A stretch of DNA of 64,000 bases, taken from positions 124,001 through 188,000 of the forward strand of contig JAMDHS010000009.1 of NCBI GenBank assembly GCA_029717555.1. The letters run 5' to 3'. Shown here one piece after another: positions 48,565-61,996 of this stretch (position 1 is the stretch's first letter; each line of letters opens with the position of its first letter). The translations under genes were made by a program, and so were the position numbers. Source of the stretch: Peribolospora baueri (lineage: Eukaryota). A model generated the notes under the pieces. The model was not told the origin of the DNA. It saw only the letters and a list, made by a program, of their open reading frames with translations, and searched no databases.

Positions 48565-50022
48565 TCATTCCGGCTCACACTTTACGACACGCATCCTCTC
48601 ATCTACCCACCTCTCCCTCTGCCCCTCATCCCAACTCTGAACCCCTCCCACTGCAAACGCTCTCCTCCTCCCCAAGCCATGTTGAACGAGACGGAGCATA
48701 GCCCGGCGCACGTGCTCCACCTCGATTCTTCCTCCCCAAATGCTCCCTTCGTAGCTGTTTCGTGCCTCAACGAGCTCGATGGTGGGCGAGAGGAGGGCAA
48801 TGGCAGCGAGAGAGCTCGAGGAGAGGGAGACGGCGGAGTGCAGGTGGAGGTATCGGAAGGAGGGAAGGCTGATAAGTGCGAGCACGAGCGCGGAAGAGCC
48901 GGAGTTGTCGAGGACTTGAAGAATCGCTCGCTCGTCCTCGTCTAAGGCCCCTTCTTCTCCTTTTCCGTCCTCCATGGAATGTTCGGATAGACTGAGCGCA
49001 GTTTGGGCGTCGGGCAGACCGATTCCCACCACGTTGTCCCCTTGACCGTCGAAGAATCTGGCGATCTCCGAGGCTTGTAGAGCAGCAGGATTGGGAAAGG
49101 CAAAGGAGTGCGTAGCGGCAGCACCAACTGATGGAGAAGCGGCTGCCGCAGCCCGAGCCGACCCGTCTATAGCCTCCGCTGCCGCTGTGGAGCGTGGAAC
49201 GAGAAGAGAGGACAGCCTCGCCGGTCCATGGGGGAACTGCACGTGACTGAGCTCGAGGCGCTCCAGCCTCTTCCATCCCTTCACAGCGGGCACCAAATCA
49301 ACCACAACCTGGTCCACAATGGCGAGACTGAGGCCTCTGACGAGGTCTGGGTCGGGCGGTCCCCAAGCGAATTGTCTAGGGCTGACGCTTTTGAGAGCTC
49401 TTGAGAACGCTGCCCACTCGGGTGGACACAGATCGAGCTCCCCTCCAAACCTCGGTTCAGAAGGGCCAAAGGGATAGGATGCGCGTCGGAGGGTGAAGAA
49501 CTCGAGTCGAAGGGTGTCTAGGCGGGGGCAGAGGTGCAGGGCCGAGGCCGTGTTGTGGAGCCGGTGGTGGTTGTAGAGACTCGCGCGGATACCTCCTCCC
49601 GGAACGCCTGGTAGGCGGACACGCAGTGAGCGAGTGTGGGAAACGGAGGGGGTACTGCCCGTCTTCGGTAGTTGTGAGCTTGAGCCCAAGACGGCGCGGT
49701 CACTGGAGATGCGGCCGTTCAGGGGTTCATCAAAGTCAGGGAGGGGAGACTTGTTGAGGACGCCGCTCGCAAATCGCGCGAGCTGGATCGGACTGTTGAG
49801 CCACACGGAAGAATAGAGCAGTGGTATGGCGGAGAGATAGAAGTACGAGGAGACGCAGAGCACCGAGGACGGGTCAGGGTGGACGAGGAGGGCATAGCGG
49901 AGGATTTCGAGGACGAGTTCGTGAGGCAGTTGCGTGAGCGTCAGGTCTGCGCCCCCGCTGCCAGCAGCCTCAAACGGAAGTGCAAATGGTGGCGGGTTAG
50001 AGACGTCCATCTGCGCCGTCAT
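48565..50022 (-). CDS. Intronless F-box-like hypothetical protein
   Basis: Long single ORF; LTQLPHELVLEILRY...VLCVSSYFY..AIPLLYSSVWL is an F-box-like pattern followed by leucine-rich segments. Confidence 0.7.
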   Translation of the reverse strand: MTAQMDVSNPPPFALPFEAAGSGGADLTLTQLPHELVLEILRYALLVHPDPSSVLCVSSYFYLSAIPLLYSSVWLNSPIQLARFASGVLNKSPLPDFDEPLNGRISSDRAVLGSSSQLPKTGSTPSVSHTRSLRVRLPGVPGGGIRASLYNHHRLHNTASALHLCPRLDTLRLEFFTLRRASYPFGPSEPRFGGELDLCPPEWAAFSRALKSVSPRQFAWGPPDPDLVRGLSLAIVDQVVVDLVPAVKGWKRLERLELSHVQFPHGPARLSSLLVPRSTAAAEAIDGSARAAAAASPSVGAAATHSFAFPNPAALQASEIARFFDGQGDNVVGIGLPDAQTALSLSEHSMEDGKGEEGALDEDERAILQVLDNSGSSALVLALISLPSFRYLHLHSAVSLSSSSLAAIALLSPTIELVEARNSYEGSIWGGRIEVEHVRRAMLRLVQHGLGRRRAFAVGGVQSWDEGQRERWVDERMRVVKCEPE

Positions 50023-50236
50023 GGCTCTCCATCTGCGTTGCCCATTCCAGCCAGCGACAATGCGAAGGCAAGGTGAGGAGGAGTGGTGAAATGCCAGAAA
50101 CGACTGATGATGGATGACGTCGGATCTCAAGATCACTCGCTGGGGCGGCGATAAGCGAGTCAACGCCGTGCATCGCCGAACGTCCTCGCCCACTCTTCTC
50201 TTTCCCATTCCCGTTCCACGTTTCTTCCAACTCGCC

Positions 50237-50920
50237 ATGCCTGCGAGACGACCAAGAACAGCACCGCAAGAGGAACGATTTGCCTCAACTCCTGGCCTTA
50301 CATGTCCTTTTGGACCACGTGACTTGATATCCTTTGACCAGGCGCACTTCCGAGATCCCGCCGCTCGTGCCTACTTTTCGTCTTTCATCCCGCCGCTCTC
50401 TCGGTCAGCGGCACAAAGGAGTAAATCACCGAAACGTCGACGAACGAAGCGACAGCAGACCGCTGGTGCTGAAGGCGATGGCGTACTGCATGACCAGCTC
50501 CGAACCGTAGGGCTGAAACGTCTCGAGGGCGAATCGGACGAGGCGTGGCAGCGGCGGCACGGGTTCACGTACCTTACCCCGGCGGCTGTGGCCATTTTCG
50601 ATGCGAGCCGGAGGTTCAAGGAGAAGAGTGAGTACGTCCATTTCCTCTCCCCTTCCCTTCTTTCCTTCTTTTATTTTTCTTGCTTGGCTCTCTTCTTATG
50701 GGTGCGATAGGTTGACAGGGTGTCCGACTTTTGGTAAAATGACGGACCGGTATGTTCCGGTTAACCAGGAGACGCCGAGGACGCTGCACTAGCCGCCACC
50801 GAGGAGGCGGCAGAGGTCGGCACAGGGGCCGTCGGGGAGGAGACAAAGCGCTCCGAACCGGTTCGGGAAGACGTCGCGGCCAGATCTAGATTGGATGGTC
50901 AGAGTGAGCGAGGTCATTAA
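50237..50920 (+). CDS. Small hypothetical protein divergent from the F-box-like gene
   Basis: CGCCATGC start, open frame to GTGAGT donor at 50628, and a plausible second exon from the CAG near 50768 (RDAEDAALAATEEAAE...RGH*). No recognisable domain. Confidence 0.45.
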
Positions 50921-51794
50921 GCAGCATGATCTCGCCAGTCTGACCTTGGCGTCTTCGCGGCTTGTGCAATTTCCCGGAAAGTCATGTACCATTATCAAAT
51001 AAAGGTGGGCAAACTTCTCTCCGCCGTCGTCTCTACGCTTCAGTCTAGTCCCCTCCACACGAAGATCCCCACTGTCGAATTGATGAACGCCGCAGTCATC
51101 CTTGTTCCGCATCCCCACACATGGGGAGACGAGGAAAACGAGTCACTTCGGGTGACCACGCTAACCGTCGCCCTGGTACTTTCCTCGCCCGCTTGGTCGT
51201 GCCATTCGTTCGTTGCTGAATGAGGCGGCGAAAGAATGGGCGGTCTTGTGGGGAGGGAAGAGGCGCGGGCGGGCGTGGTCCTGATCGACTGTGTTGGGGT
51301 GGGAGGGAGGCCTTAACGTGTGTGGAGGACACGGAGGACATTGTATCGGCTCTTGGTGGAGATGGCTGACTACAATCCTTTTTCCATCTGCCTTCGCTCG
51401 CGTACGTCTTGAAGTGTACATCTGTTGTCTCACGACTATGGACCAACCGACATTCATGAGATTGGCATAGCCATCGTACGAATCGCTCGAGAGTAAGACA
51501 TGAAGGGCCGTGAAGAGAACAAAGGGAAACGAATTGGACACGTGGGATGAGGGAGGAGTACAAGAAACTGAGTGGCCTGGATCGTCTGCCCGTATTGGGA
51601 GGTAGGGAAACAAACAATACACTCGCGTACGACAGGCGATCGCGGACAATAAACCAAAGAGGAGGGGGAATAACAGAAAAAAAGACCGTCAGCGGTCGGG
51701 AACGGACCGACGAGGAGGACTGCAAGCCGGTCAGGTCGTCCATAGCCCAGGTCAAGCCGTCATAACGAATCAAAACAACCCCACAAGTCACAGG

Positions 51795-54421
51795 TCAAAG
51801 ATCGATCAAAGGGGCCGAAGAAGGAGGAGGCCAGCTGAGTCCCGGAGCCGTGGGGTAGGCGCCGGGAGACTGCGCTGCAGGCGGTGGAGGGGAACTAGCG
51901 GTGGCTGCTGGTAACGGATACCAATTGGGTCCCGGAGCTGTGGGGTAGACATTGGGAGTCTGTGCTGTAGGCGGTGGGGGGGAGCTTGCGGTGAGAGCGG
52001 GGAACGGGTAAAGGTTCGGCCCCGGAGCTGTTGGGTTGGAGATGGGAGACTGTGCTACAAGCGGCGGGGGGGAGCTTACGGTGACGGCGGATGGTGGATA
52101 ACTGTTCTGCTGGAGGACAGAGGCAGGCTGGGGTTGGGGTTGGGGTTGGGGTTGGGGTTGAGGTTGAGGTTGAGGTTGAGATTGTGTGGCATACGAATAG
52201 TGGTAGGAAGCGCGAAGCCGCTCTTCCAACAATTTGTCATAGAGCTTGACAGCCTCCGACAGCTTTTCGTTCATCGAAAAGAGCACATCTGTACGAGGCC
52301 AAGGAGGGCAGTGAGCAAAAGCGGTCAACTTAAGCGGGTCAATTGAAAAGATGTGTCCCTGACCGACGCTCACCGTGTCTGCGACACACTTCATCCAAGC
52401 TTCTGGCCATCTTGCCTCTCACGCTGCTAGCCCTCTCAGACAACTCCTGAGCTTGCTGACTAGGTGTCGCCTTAGCGTATCCTCCCGTGCGTTCTAAGTC
52501 TTGCTGTCCAGCAACAGTTTGTGCGAACGTGAGCACAGCATCGATCTCGTGCACCTCCAGCTCCGTAAGCGGAGGCAGTTGAAACCGGGAGGCGGACTGC
52601 GGAGGCAACTCGTTGGCTGGCGTGGGGGGCACGGAGGAGCTGGGCGCCGAGGGACTGGGCGCCTCCATCTCTCGCAGGCTCGCTGCAATTGCCGCGGCGA
52701 GGTCCGGGTCATCGTCCATCGGACCTTTGTCCGTGCCCTCGCCCTGTCGTCCGCCTCCGACTCGTGCAAGAGACCCTCGTTCGGCAGGAGCAACCGGAGG
52801 TTCCGAAGGCCCGTTCGTGTAAATTGGGGCAGACGAAGGCGGTGCTGGCCCTGGCACATACCCGGGGCGATGGGAGGGCGTCGAGTTGGATGCGCTAGAC
52901 TCTTGTAGCGAGAGCTTTATGGCCAACTTTAAATCGTCGTCCTCCTCTTCCAAGCCTATACTGCGATTTGCAGGTCCCACGTACATGGAGGAGGGACGTG
53001 TTGTCGCTGCTAAGGAGCTCGAGCGATGATGACCGCCAGTACCGGCGTTTCGTGCGGTGTGATGATACGGCGTCGGATTGGAGGTGGTGTGCGCCCTTCG
53101 AAGCTTGTTCATGCTGTCGCTGTCCTTGGCGTCTCTGTTCGCCCTGCCAGCTGAGCCCTTGGGTGGGCCTCTCCGTGCGTAACACCCGTCGTCAACGCGC
53201 ACCTCCTGGGTGATGCCGAACCAAGGCAGTGCCATGGTCTTGGAGGAGCACTGCGCGTCGAAGACCTTTCCGCAATTCCGACAATGATGCTTGCGATTCG
53301 TGAAGCTGAACGCTGTTCGGCATCGCATACAAACGTCCGAGTCTATCCACTCCGGTGCTGTTGCCGTGTCGACCAGAGCAGCAGAGGCGAGGCTGTCGCG
53401 AGCCGGGAATTCAAAGCCTTCCAATATGAATGACGAACGAGCACATGACCTTTCATCAGCTCGGCGGGACGAATATCGAAGGTGCACCGCTGTGAAGCAA
53501 ACAAGATGCACCGCTTACCTTGATCCTTGAGCTCCTCATACACTTCCTCCACATAGCCCAATTTGGGCTTGCTTTCGAAAGCAATGGCCGAATTTTGAAC
53601 GAGCTTGAGAATTTTGGTCTTTACATCACGGTTGACACCGGACTGAGGGGTGGGGTACAGCAGGAGGCACGGAGACGTGGAGGGAGAAGAAAAAGGGAAC
53701 GGGGTCAGCGCGCTTGTACAGGCCAGCGAGGATACAAACCGTCAATATCGGAAGACGGTGGGCTTACAGGTGCTCTGAGGATCGAGACCAGTTCATCCAT
53801 GAACTCCCGCGAGGCGACCTCGACGAGGAAGTGGTCTCCACCATTTTTGATGCACACGTCGGCCAGCTGAAAGGATGAGGAAGAGAACACGATTGACAGA
53901 AAAACACGTTAGCAGCTGCAAGCGTACAGTAATCGGAATTGGGAGCATCCAAATTGCCTCAAGTTCTCATTTCCTCTGCAGCCTCGGGATGGCAGCGCTT
54001 TCTGAGCTCCACGTCATCATCCCTCAGCGCCCCGTGGCTGTTCTCGCCACCGCCGTGAAAAGAAAGGCAAACAGGGGCAAAGAAGACAAGAACACATGAA
54101 ATGCAGCAACTCACACCGAGAGCAAGGAGCTGGACGTTGGGATTCTTGTGTCCGAGCCTGCGCTTGATGGAGCGCATAGCGTCCTTTGGTTGGACGGCCT
54201 TGGCCCTGATCTGGTCGCATATCTCAAGGTTGAGCGCGATGTCTTCTTGACCAGCGGGCAGAAGATCGGAAGTTGCTTTATCTGCAACAAGACGGGGATC
54301 CAAACGCGTAATGGCGTATTTGTGCTGGGTGAGATTCTCTCTGGTGCACCCCATGAGCGAAGGCGGGCGCGGCGGACTCACCGACCAGGTCGTCGAAGGG
54401 GTTGGTGCCCCACCAGGACAT
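51795..54421 (-). CDS. VPS27: ESCRT-0 subunit Vps27/Hrs (VHS, FYVE, 2 UIM, GAT-like region, clathrin box)
   Basis: [57 protein letters not shown]...[35 protein letters not shown]; terminal LIDL. Confidence 0.96.
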
Positions 54422-54613
54422 GACGGAATGGACTGTGCAATGTGGCGCCCAGGGGCTCGTGGGAGATCCGAGCGGCGAAAAAAAGCGAGTTGAGGAAGCG
54501 GAAGATGGAAGGAGAAAGATGGTGGTTGGAGGAAGGGGGATGGGGGGACGGATGGCTGAGCCTGGCTCGCCCGATCCAGCGGCGATCGACCCCGGCCGGG
54601 CCATGTGAGCACG

Positions 54614-54623
54614 TAACCCTAAC
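54614..54623. promoter_or_regulatory. Telo-box-like element in the VPS27/RPB1 divergent promoter
   Basis: TAACCCTAAC located between the two divergent ATGs. Confidence 0.4.
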
Positions 54624-55003
54624 TCGGACCCGCCGCCATTCCTCGCCTTCATCTCTCATCGCCGAGTCGAGCTCGCCACCCGCGCCGTCGTCCACTCGTC
54701 CACCACCACCCATCCTCGCCATCTCCCATCCGCAATCCTTCTTGCTCCACCCAAGGGCCACTCCACACACAGACCCATCCCGGCTCGCAGACGCACGGTC
54801 CGTTCGGTTGCATCTGCCTCTGGACGCGCCGTGCGGCCGACTCCGTCGACCCGTCGCCCCCTTGTCTGAAAGAGACTCGCCTTTGCCGCAAGTTCGGCTA
54901 GACAGGCGTCTCGCTCAACGTTTCCCCGCCATCTGCTTTTTGTTCTCCGGCCACCTCTCTCCTTGCACTGTTCTTTTTGCCTTCAAAAAATACACCCGCA
55001 AAC

Positions 55004-58000
55004 ATGTCCGGTCAAAGCTTCGCCCATTCCGTGCAACCGGTGCGCAAGGTAAAGGAGGTGCAGTTCGGAGTGATGAGTCCAGAAGAGATAGTAAGTTTCG
55101 CGCACATCCTTGCTTGCTTTTGGACGGACGGACGGATGGGTGCATGATAGTTGAAAGAAATTTACCTGTCATGTCTCCATCCCCCAAACAGAAAGCGTAC
55201 TCTGTGGTTAAAATCGACTTTTGGGAGACGTACGACGAGTCGGGGCAGAAGCCGAAGGTGGGCGGTCTAAACGACCCGCGCTTGGGGACGACGGACCGCA
55301 ACTTCAAGTGCCAGACATGTGGAGAGGACATGAAAGAGTGTCCCGGTCACTTTGGTCACATCGAGTTGGCAAGGCCCGTCTACCACTATGGTGAGTGTCG
55401 TCAGTCGCTGCTCTCCAGCACTTTTTTTTTGCCACTTGGACGCGTTGGCGTCGCTGCCTTCTTCCTTCTCGAGGTCTGGTTACTTATCTTCTCGGATCTC
55501 CTCGACACCGCAGGCTTCATGGCGAAGGTCAAAAAAATCCTGGAATGCATCTGCACTCATTGCGGCAAGCTGAAGGCTGATGAAGTGGGTAATGGTTACC
55601 TGGCTCGTTGGCCTCTTGGTGACGGTTACTCCTTTTATGGAAACTTTGCTTAAATGGCTTTGATCCGCTACCTGTTTACTGCTGGACTTTGTCTGCTCAT
55701 CTGTCCCCCCGCCCCACCCGTCTCTTTCACCAATGTTGCCGTTACGACCTGGTCTCCTCTGGCATCTGTCAATAACTGACTTTTGCCCGCTCAGTACTCC
55801 GATCCCAAATTCGCCGAGATCTTGCGGCGAACACGGCGGGACCCGAAGCGCCGCTTCCAGACAGTGTGGGAGTATGTGAAGGGGAAGATGGTTTGTGAAC
55901 CGGATGAGCCGAAGGAAGAGGACGAGGGCATGAACGGCCATGTTCCGGAGGAACGAAGGGGACATGGTGGTTGTGGTCATATCCAGCCGGCTATCAGGAG
56001 GGAAGGCTTGCGGTTTTTCGCCGTTTGGAAGAAGAGCAAGGATGAAGAGGACGTGAGTGTAGTCTGACCATGGCGTGTCCAATTGCTCCCGTCGTCGTGC
56101 TCATGCACTCGCCCTGTTCGCGTTCGCTTATCTCTGCTTTGCAGGAGGCCGTACCTTTGAAGAACCAAACGGACAAGAAGTTGTTGCCAGCTTCGGAGGT
56201 GCACATGATCTTGAAGAAGATCTCGGACGAGGACATCAATAATCTCGGTCTGTCAGCGGAGTACGCTCGTCCTGACTGGATGGTCCTCACTGTCCTTCCC
56301 GTGCCACCACAAACTGTCCGTCCGGGTATCACTGAAGGCGTCATGAAGGCAGAAGACGACCTGACGCACAAGCTTCAGGACATCATCAAAGCGAATGGCA
56401 ACGTCGCTCGATGCCTCCAAGAGGGTGCGCCAGCGCACGTCACCAACGAGTTTGAGTCGTTGTTGCAGGTAAGACGTCCTTGCACGCGAGCCGTGTCCAG
56501 GGAGCCGTCCGCTCATGCACCAGTCGTGCTCGCGCTGCGCAGTTCCATGTTGCTACGTACATGGACAACGATATTGCCGGTCAGCCGCAGGCCATGCAGA
56601 AGACTGGCCGTCCGCTCAAGTCCATCCGCGCTCGTCTAAAGGGCAAGGAGGGCAGGCTCAGAGGCAACTTGATGGGCAAGCGAGTGGACTATTCAGCCCG
56701 AACGGTCATCACTGGCGATCCTTTCCTCGAGTTGGACGAGGTCGGTGTTCCTTACACGATCGCCAGGAACTTGACGTACCCGGAGAGAGGTGCGTAATTT
56801 TTTTCCTGTTCGCTTCCCTAAAGCTAATAGATTTTTGCACGAGGCTCACTGTTGCAATCGTCTCTGTTCAAATAGTCACTCCGTACAACATTAGCTACTT
56901 GCAAGAACTAGTACGAAACGGTCCGAACGAGTATCCTGGTGCTCGATATGTCATTCGCGACACGGGCGAGCGAATCGACCTACGCTACAACAAGCGGGCA
57001 GATACGTTTTTACAATACGGTTGGATCGTCGAGCGACATCTTAAGGACGGCGACATGGTGTTGTTCAACCGTCAGCCGTCGTTGCACAAAATGTCGATGA
57101 TGGCCCACCGGGTCAAGCTACTCCCTTATTCCACCTTCCGCCTCAACCTCTCCGTAACGCCTCCGTACAACGCCGACTTTGACGGCGACGAAATGAACTT
57201 GCACGTACCCCAGAGTGAAGAGACTCGAGCCGAGCTGAGTCAGATCGCGTGGGTGCCGCGACAGATCATTTCGCCCCAAGCGAACAAGCCAGTGATGGGC
57301 ATCGTGCAGGACACGCTGTGCGGCATCCGCAAGTTCACAGTGCGAGACGCTTTCCTGAACTGGGAGCAAGTGCAGAACATCCTGCTCTGGGTACCGGATT
57401 GGGATGGCGTCGTCCCGACGCCAGCGATCATCAAACCCCAGCCGCTCTGGTCGGGCAAGCAGATCATGAGCATGTGCATCCCCAAAGGGATCAACCTTTT
57501 CAAGTCAGGGGAGGCGAAGCTCTTCAACAACCCTACGGATGACGGGTTGTTCATTGACAACGGCGAGATCATCTACGGCTTTCTCACGAAAAAGGCGGTC
57601 GGCACGTCGGACGGCGGCCTGGTGCATATCATTTTCCGAGAGAAGGGACCTGAAGTCTGCAAGGCGTGGTTCAGCGGCGTGCAGAAGGTGGTTAACTTCT
57701 GGCTTCTCCATAACGGCTTCAGTATCGGTATCGGTGATACGATTGCCGATAAGAAGACGATGGACGTCGTTACGCAGCACATCAAATCGGCCAAGGACGA
57801 AGTGCAGGACCTCATCCTAAAGGCCCAGCGTGATGAGCTCGAGGCGCAACCGGGCATGACCATTCGCGAGTCGTTCGAGGCCATGGTGAACCGGGCGCTG
57901 AACCGTGCGCGTGACAGTGCCGGTCAGCACGCTGAGTCGTCTTTGAAGGACGACAACGCTGTCAAGCAAATGGTTATTGCCGGTTCGAAGGGCTCGTTCA

Positions 58001-61000
58001 TCAACATCTCGCAGATGTCTGGATGTGTGGGCCAGCAGTCAGTGGAGGGCAAGCGCATCCCGTTCGGCTTCCGCCATCGCACGCTGCCACACTTCACGCA
58101 GGACGACTTTTCGCCAGAGTCACGAGGATTCGTCGAAAATTCGTACTTGCGCGGTCTCACGCCGCAGGAGTTCTTCTTCCATGCCATGGCTGGTCGAGAA
58201 GGTCTGATCGACACCGCGGTCAAGACCGCCGAAACGGGCTATATCCAGCGTCGTCTCGTCAAGGCTCTGGAAGATGTCATGGTCTGCTACGACGGCACGG
58301 TGCGAAACTCGACCAACCAAATCGTCCAGTTCATCTACGGCGAAGATGGCCTCGATGCTACTCAGGTTGAGAAACAGCGTTTCAGCCTCGTTTCGTACTC
58401 CGACGAGCAGTTCGAGCGCCTGTACCGCGTCGATGTCACCATGCCGGGCATGGGCTTTAAGCCAGGCACGCTGCAGGCGGGCATCGACGACTCTTCGCTT
58501 GACCTGCAGGCAGTGTTGGACGAAGAGTGGGCGCAGTTGCAGGAAGACCGTGTGACGTTGCGGGAGGTCATCTACGCTCCCGAAAGGAAGGATGGGGACG
58601 TTTGGCCCATGCCGGTCAACATCACTCGTCTGGTCACCAACGCAACGCAGATTTTCCACATCGACCCTCGCAAGCCGAGCGATCTTCCGCCAGCTGAGGT
58701 GGTTCAGCAAGTGAAACAGCTGCTCGACAGACTCGTCATCATGCGCGGTTCTGACCCGATTACATACGAAGTCAACTTGAACGCTACGACTCTCTTCCGG
58801 ATCTTCGTCCGATCCATCCTCGCCTCACGCAATGTCCTCGAGAGGTTCCACCTCAACCGAGAAGCTTTCGAGTGGGTCCTCGGCGAAATCGAGACGAAGT
58901 TCAATCAGGCCCTGGTGAATCCCGGCGAGATGTGCGGCACGCTCGCCGCTCAGTCGATCGGCGAGCCGGCAACGCAGATGACTCTCAACACGTTCCACTA
59001 CGCTGGTGTGTCGTCCAAGAACGTCACGCTCGGTGTACCGCGTCTGAAAGAGATCATCAACGTAGCCGAGAACATCAAGACTCCGTCTCTGACCATCTAT
59101 CTCGACAAAGAGTATCGCAAGGACAAGGACCTAGCCAAGCAGGTGCAGTCCGGTCTCGCGTATACGACGCTGCAAACGGTCACGTCGGCGGTGGAGATTG
59201 TCTACGATCCCGACCCGTCGACGACGATCATCGAGGAGGACCGAGACTTTGTTGAGGCATTCTTTGCCATCCCTGACGAGGAGGTCGAAGGCAACCTGCA
59301 CAAGCAGTCGCCCTGGCTTTTGCGCTTCGTACTTGACCGTGCGCAAATGCTCGACAAAGGGTTCACGATGGGTCTGGTGGCGAGCCAAGTCCAGTCCGTG
59401 TTCGGGCAAGATCTGTTCGTGATGCACTCGGAAGACAACGCGGAGCAACTGGTCCTCCGTTGCCGCATCGTCACGGAGGAATCGGAGAAGGACGTGGGTG
59501 ACGACGACGAGGACAACTTCCTCAAGTCGATCGAGGCTGAGATGTTCAAGAACGTCGTCCTCGGCGGTCTGCAGGGTATTGCCAAGGTGTTCATGGTCCA
59601 ACAGGACAAGGACGTGATCTCCAGCGAAGGACAGTGGGAGAAGGACAAGGAGTGGGTGCTCGAGACGGACGGATCAAACTTCCGGGAGATCCTCACCGTC
59701 GACCACGTCGACGCCACAAGGACGTACTCGAACAACTGCGTGGAAGTGTTCCGCGTGCTTGGCATCGAGGCCGCTCGGGCGGCGATCATGCGCGAGTTGA
59801 GGAACACGATCGAGTTCGACGGCTCGTACGTCAACTACCGACACCTCTCGCTGCTGTGCGACATTATGACCAACAGGGGACGTCTGATGGCTATCACCCG
59901 CCACGGCATCAACCGCGCCGACACGGGCGCCCTGATGCGGTGCTCGTTCGAAGAGACGGTCGAGATTCTCCTTGAAGCCGCAGCGATCGGCGAGGCGGAC
60001 GACTGTCGGGGTGTGGCCGAGAACGTGCTGCTCGGACAGATCGCGCCGATGGGCACGGGCGCATTTGATGTGGCCATCGATATGGACATGTTGAAGGATG
60101 TGATCGTGGACCACCGCCTGCCCATCCAAGCCATGATGGCCATGAACGCGGCCGAGGGCGGCTCCAAGACGCCTTTCGGAGGAGGTATGACGCCGTACGA
60201 CAGCGCGTCGCCGCTCGGCGCCGATGGGATGCGCATCCAGGAGACGGCGGCCTTCTCTCCTCTCGTCCAGAGCACCGGTGACGAAGGGGGAGCGTATGGC
60301 GACATTGCCGGTGGGTGGGGCACGACGCCGCTGGGCCGCACGCCCATCGGAGGACCTACCTCGCCCGGGTACTCTCCTGCGTCGCCTGTGCTCAACCTCA
60401 CGTCGCCGATGGGCGCGGGTGCCACTTCGCCGTGGTACGGTGGACCGACCTCGCCTGGATACTCTCCGGCCTCGCCGGCACTGAACCTGACGTCGCCGGG
60501 GCACGCGGCCGCCTCTCCGAGGTGGTCGCCGGCCTCTCCTGCGTTTAGCCCGAGCTCGCCTCGGATGTCGCCGACGAGTCCGACCTATTCGCCCGCTTCG
60601 CCCTCCTTCTCTCCCACGTCTCCCGCTTACAGCCCTTCGAGCCCGCAGTTCAGCCCGACTTCTCCTGGTGCGGACAAGGCCGCTGGCGGGCGGGCGCAAT
60701 GGAGTCCCGCAAGCCCTCAGTGGAGCCCAGCGAGCCCACGGTTTTCTCCCACGAGTCCTGCCGCCTACTCGCCCTCTTCGCCGCAGTACAGTCCCACGTC
60801 GCCGACGTATTCGCCCACTTCGCCGACATACTCGCCCACGTCACCGACGTACTCGCCCACGTCACCGACGTATAGTCCCACATCGCCGACGTACTCTCCG
60901 ACGTCCCCGGCGTATAGCCCGACGTCTCCACGTCCTCCGACAGGACAGACGGGCCATCCTCAGACGTCCCAGCAGTCGTCGCCGAAGCCTTCTTGGGGAG

Positions 61001-61026
61001 CTGGTTCGCCTTCGTGGAAGCGTTAA
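55004..61026 (+). CDS. RPB1: RNA polymerase II largest subunit
   Basis: VKEVQFG, CQTC...[26 protein letters not shown], catalytic [21 protein letters not shown]-terminal heptad repeats; six 5' introns and one long 3' exon. Confidence 0.99.
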
Positions 61027-61996
61027 GGGGTGGTAACGATGTACGCGTGATAGGTAGGATCGCGACGAGGTTTGTCTTTCCGTTTGCGACGGGCTTGTAA
61101 AAGCACCGGCGAAATGTATGATCGCGACGCGCGCTTGTGACTTGCCAGGAGACCCCCCTTCCCCCCTTCTTCTACGCAACCTCGGAATCTTGAATGATTC
61201 TAGCCTTTTTTTTTGTTTCCTTTCCCCACTGGAAAAGGGAGAGAGTTCATGATCAACACAAGGATTTGTTTTAGACTTGCATATGAGAAAGAAGAGGTCA
61301 TTCATTGCAAGTGACCGCGGGCGCAGCAATGTATTTGTCAGAAAAAAAACAAACGGTGGGAGATTGAGGGAACGGTGAGGAGGGTAAGTGGGAAAACCAA
61401 ACGTGTCCCTCCCTCACTCGCGGAAAGAAAAAAAACGTGGCAGTACGTTGGTGCCCCAAAACGGAGAGAGCTGGTGGGGTAGGGAAGGGGTAGGTGGATG
61501 AGGCAGAATGGACGAATACGGAGGACGGGTGTTGGAAGGAGAGAGGAGAGGTGGTACGGATACGGATACGATGACCCGGGCGTTCTTCCCCCCTCCCCCC
61601 TCCCCCCTTCCCCTCCCCCCCCCCCCAACCTGACTGGAAGGTGACAGAAGAAGAAGAGGAAGAGAGCGAGCGAGCGAGCGCGAGTGTCCAGCGGTAGGTA
61701 GTCCCTACGTACATACAGCAAGGTGGTAACTAACGGCAACGGCAACGGGGGGAAGGGACTGAACGGAAGGCACGGACGAACGGGACGAACGGAAGGACGG
61801 AGGGCAGGCACGAGTTGCGATGCACGGATAAAACGAGTCGAGCGAGATACACAAAACACACACAATGCATAGACGGGCGCAGCACGGAACGGCACGGCAC
61901 GGACGACGATCATCATCACCCATCGCGCGAAAAAAAGCACAGAGTGGGGTATCCTTCCTTGAATCGCACTGGAGAATAGCACGACGGGACCCAAAG

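Noticed and set aside
54614..54623. TAACCCTAAC as a telomerase RNA template or telomere remnant
   Set aside because: Short isolated motif in a compact divergent promoter with no room or structure for a TER; better explained as a promoter element.
54442..55653. 403-aa ORF overlapping the RPB1 5' end
   Set aside because: Runs through promoter, 5' UTR and introns; only the KAYSVVK...PVYHY part is a true RPB1 exon.
60787..60933. 21-bp tandem repeats resembling a CRISPR or satellite array
   Set aside because: These are Rpb1 CTD heptad codons with no unique spacers; the context is eukaryotic.
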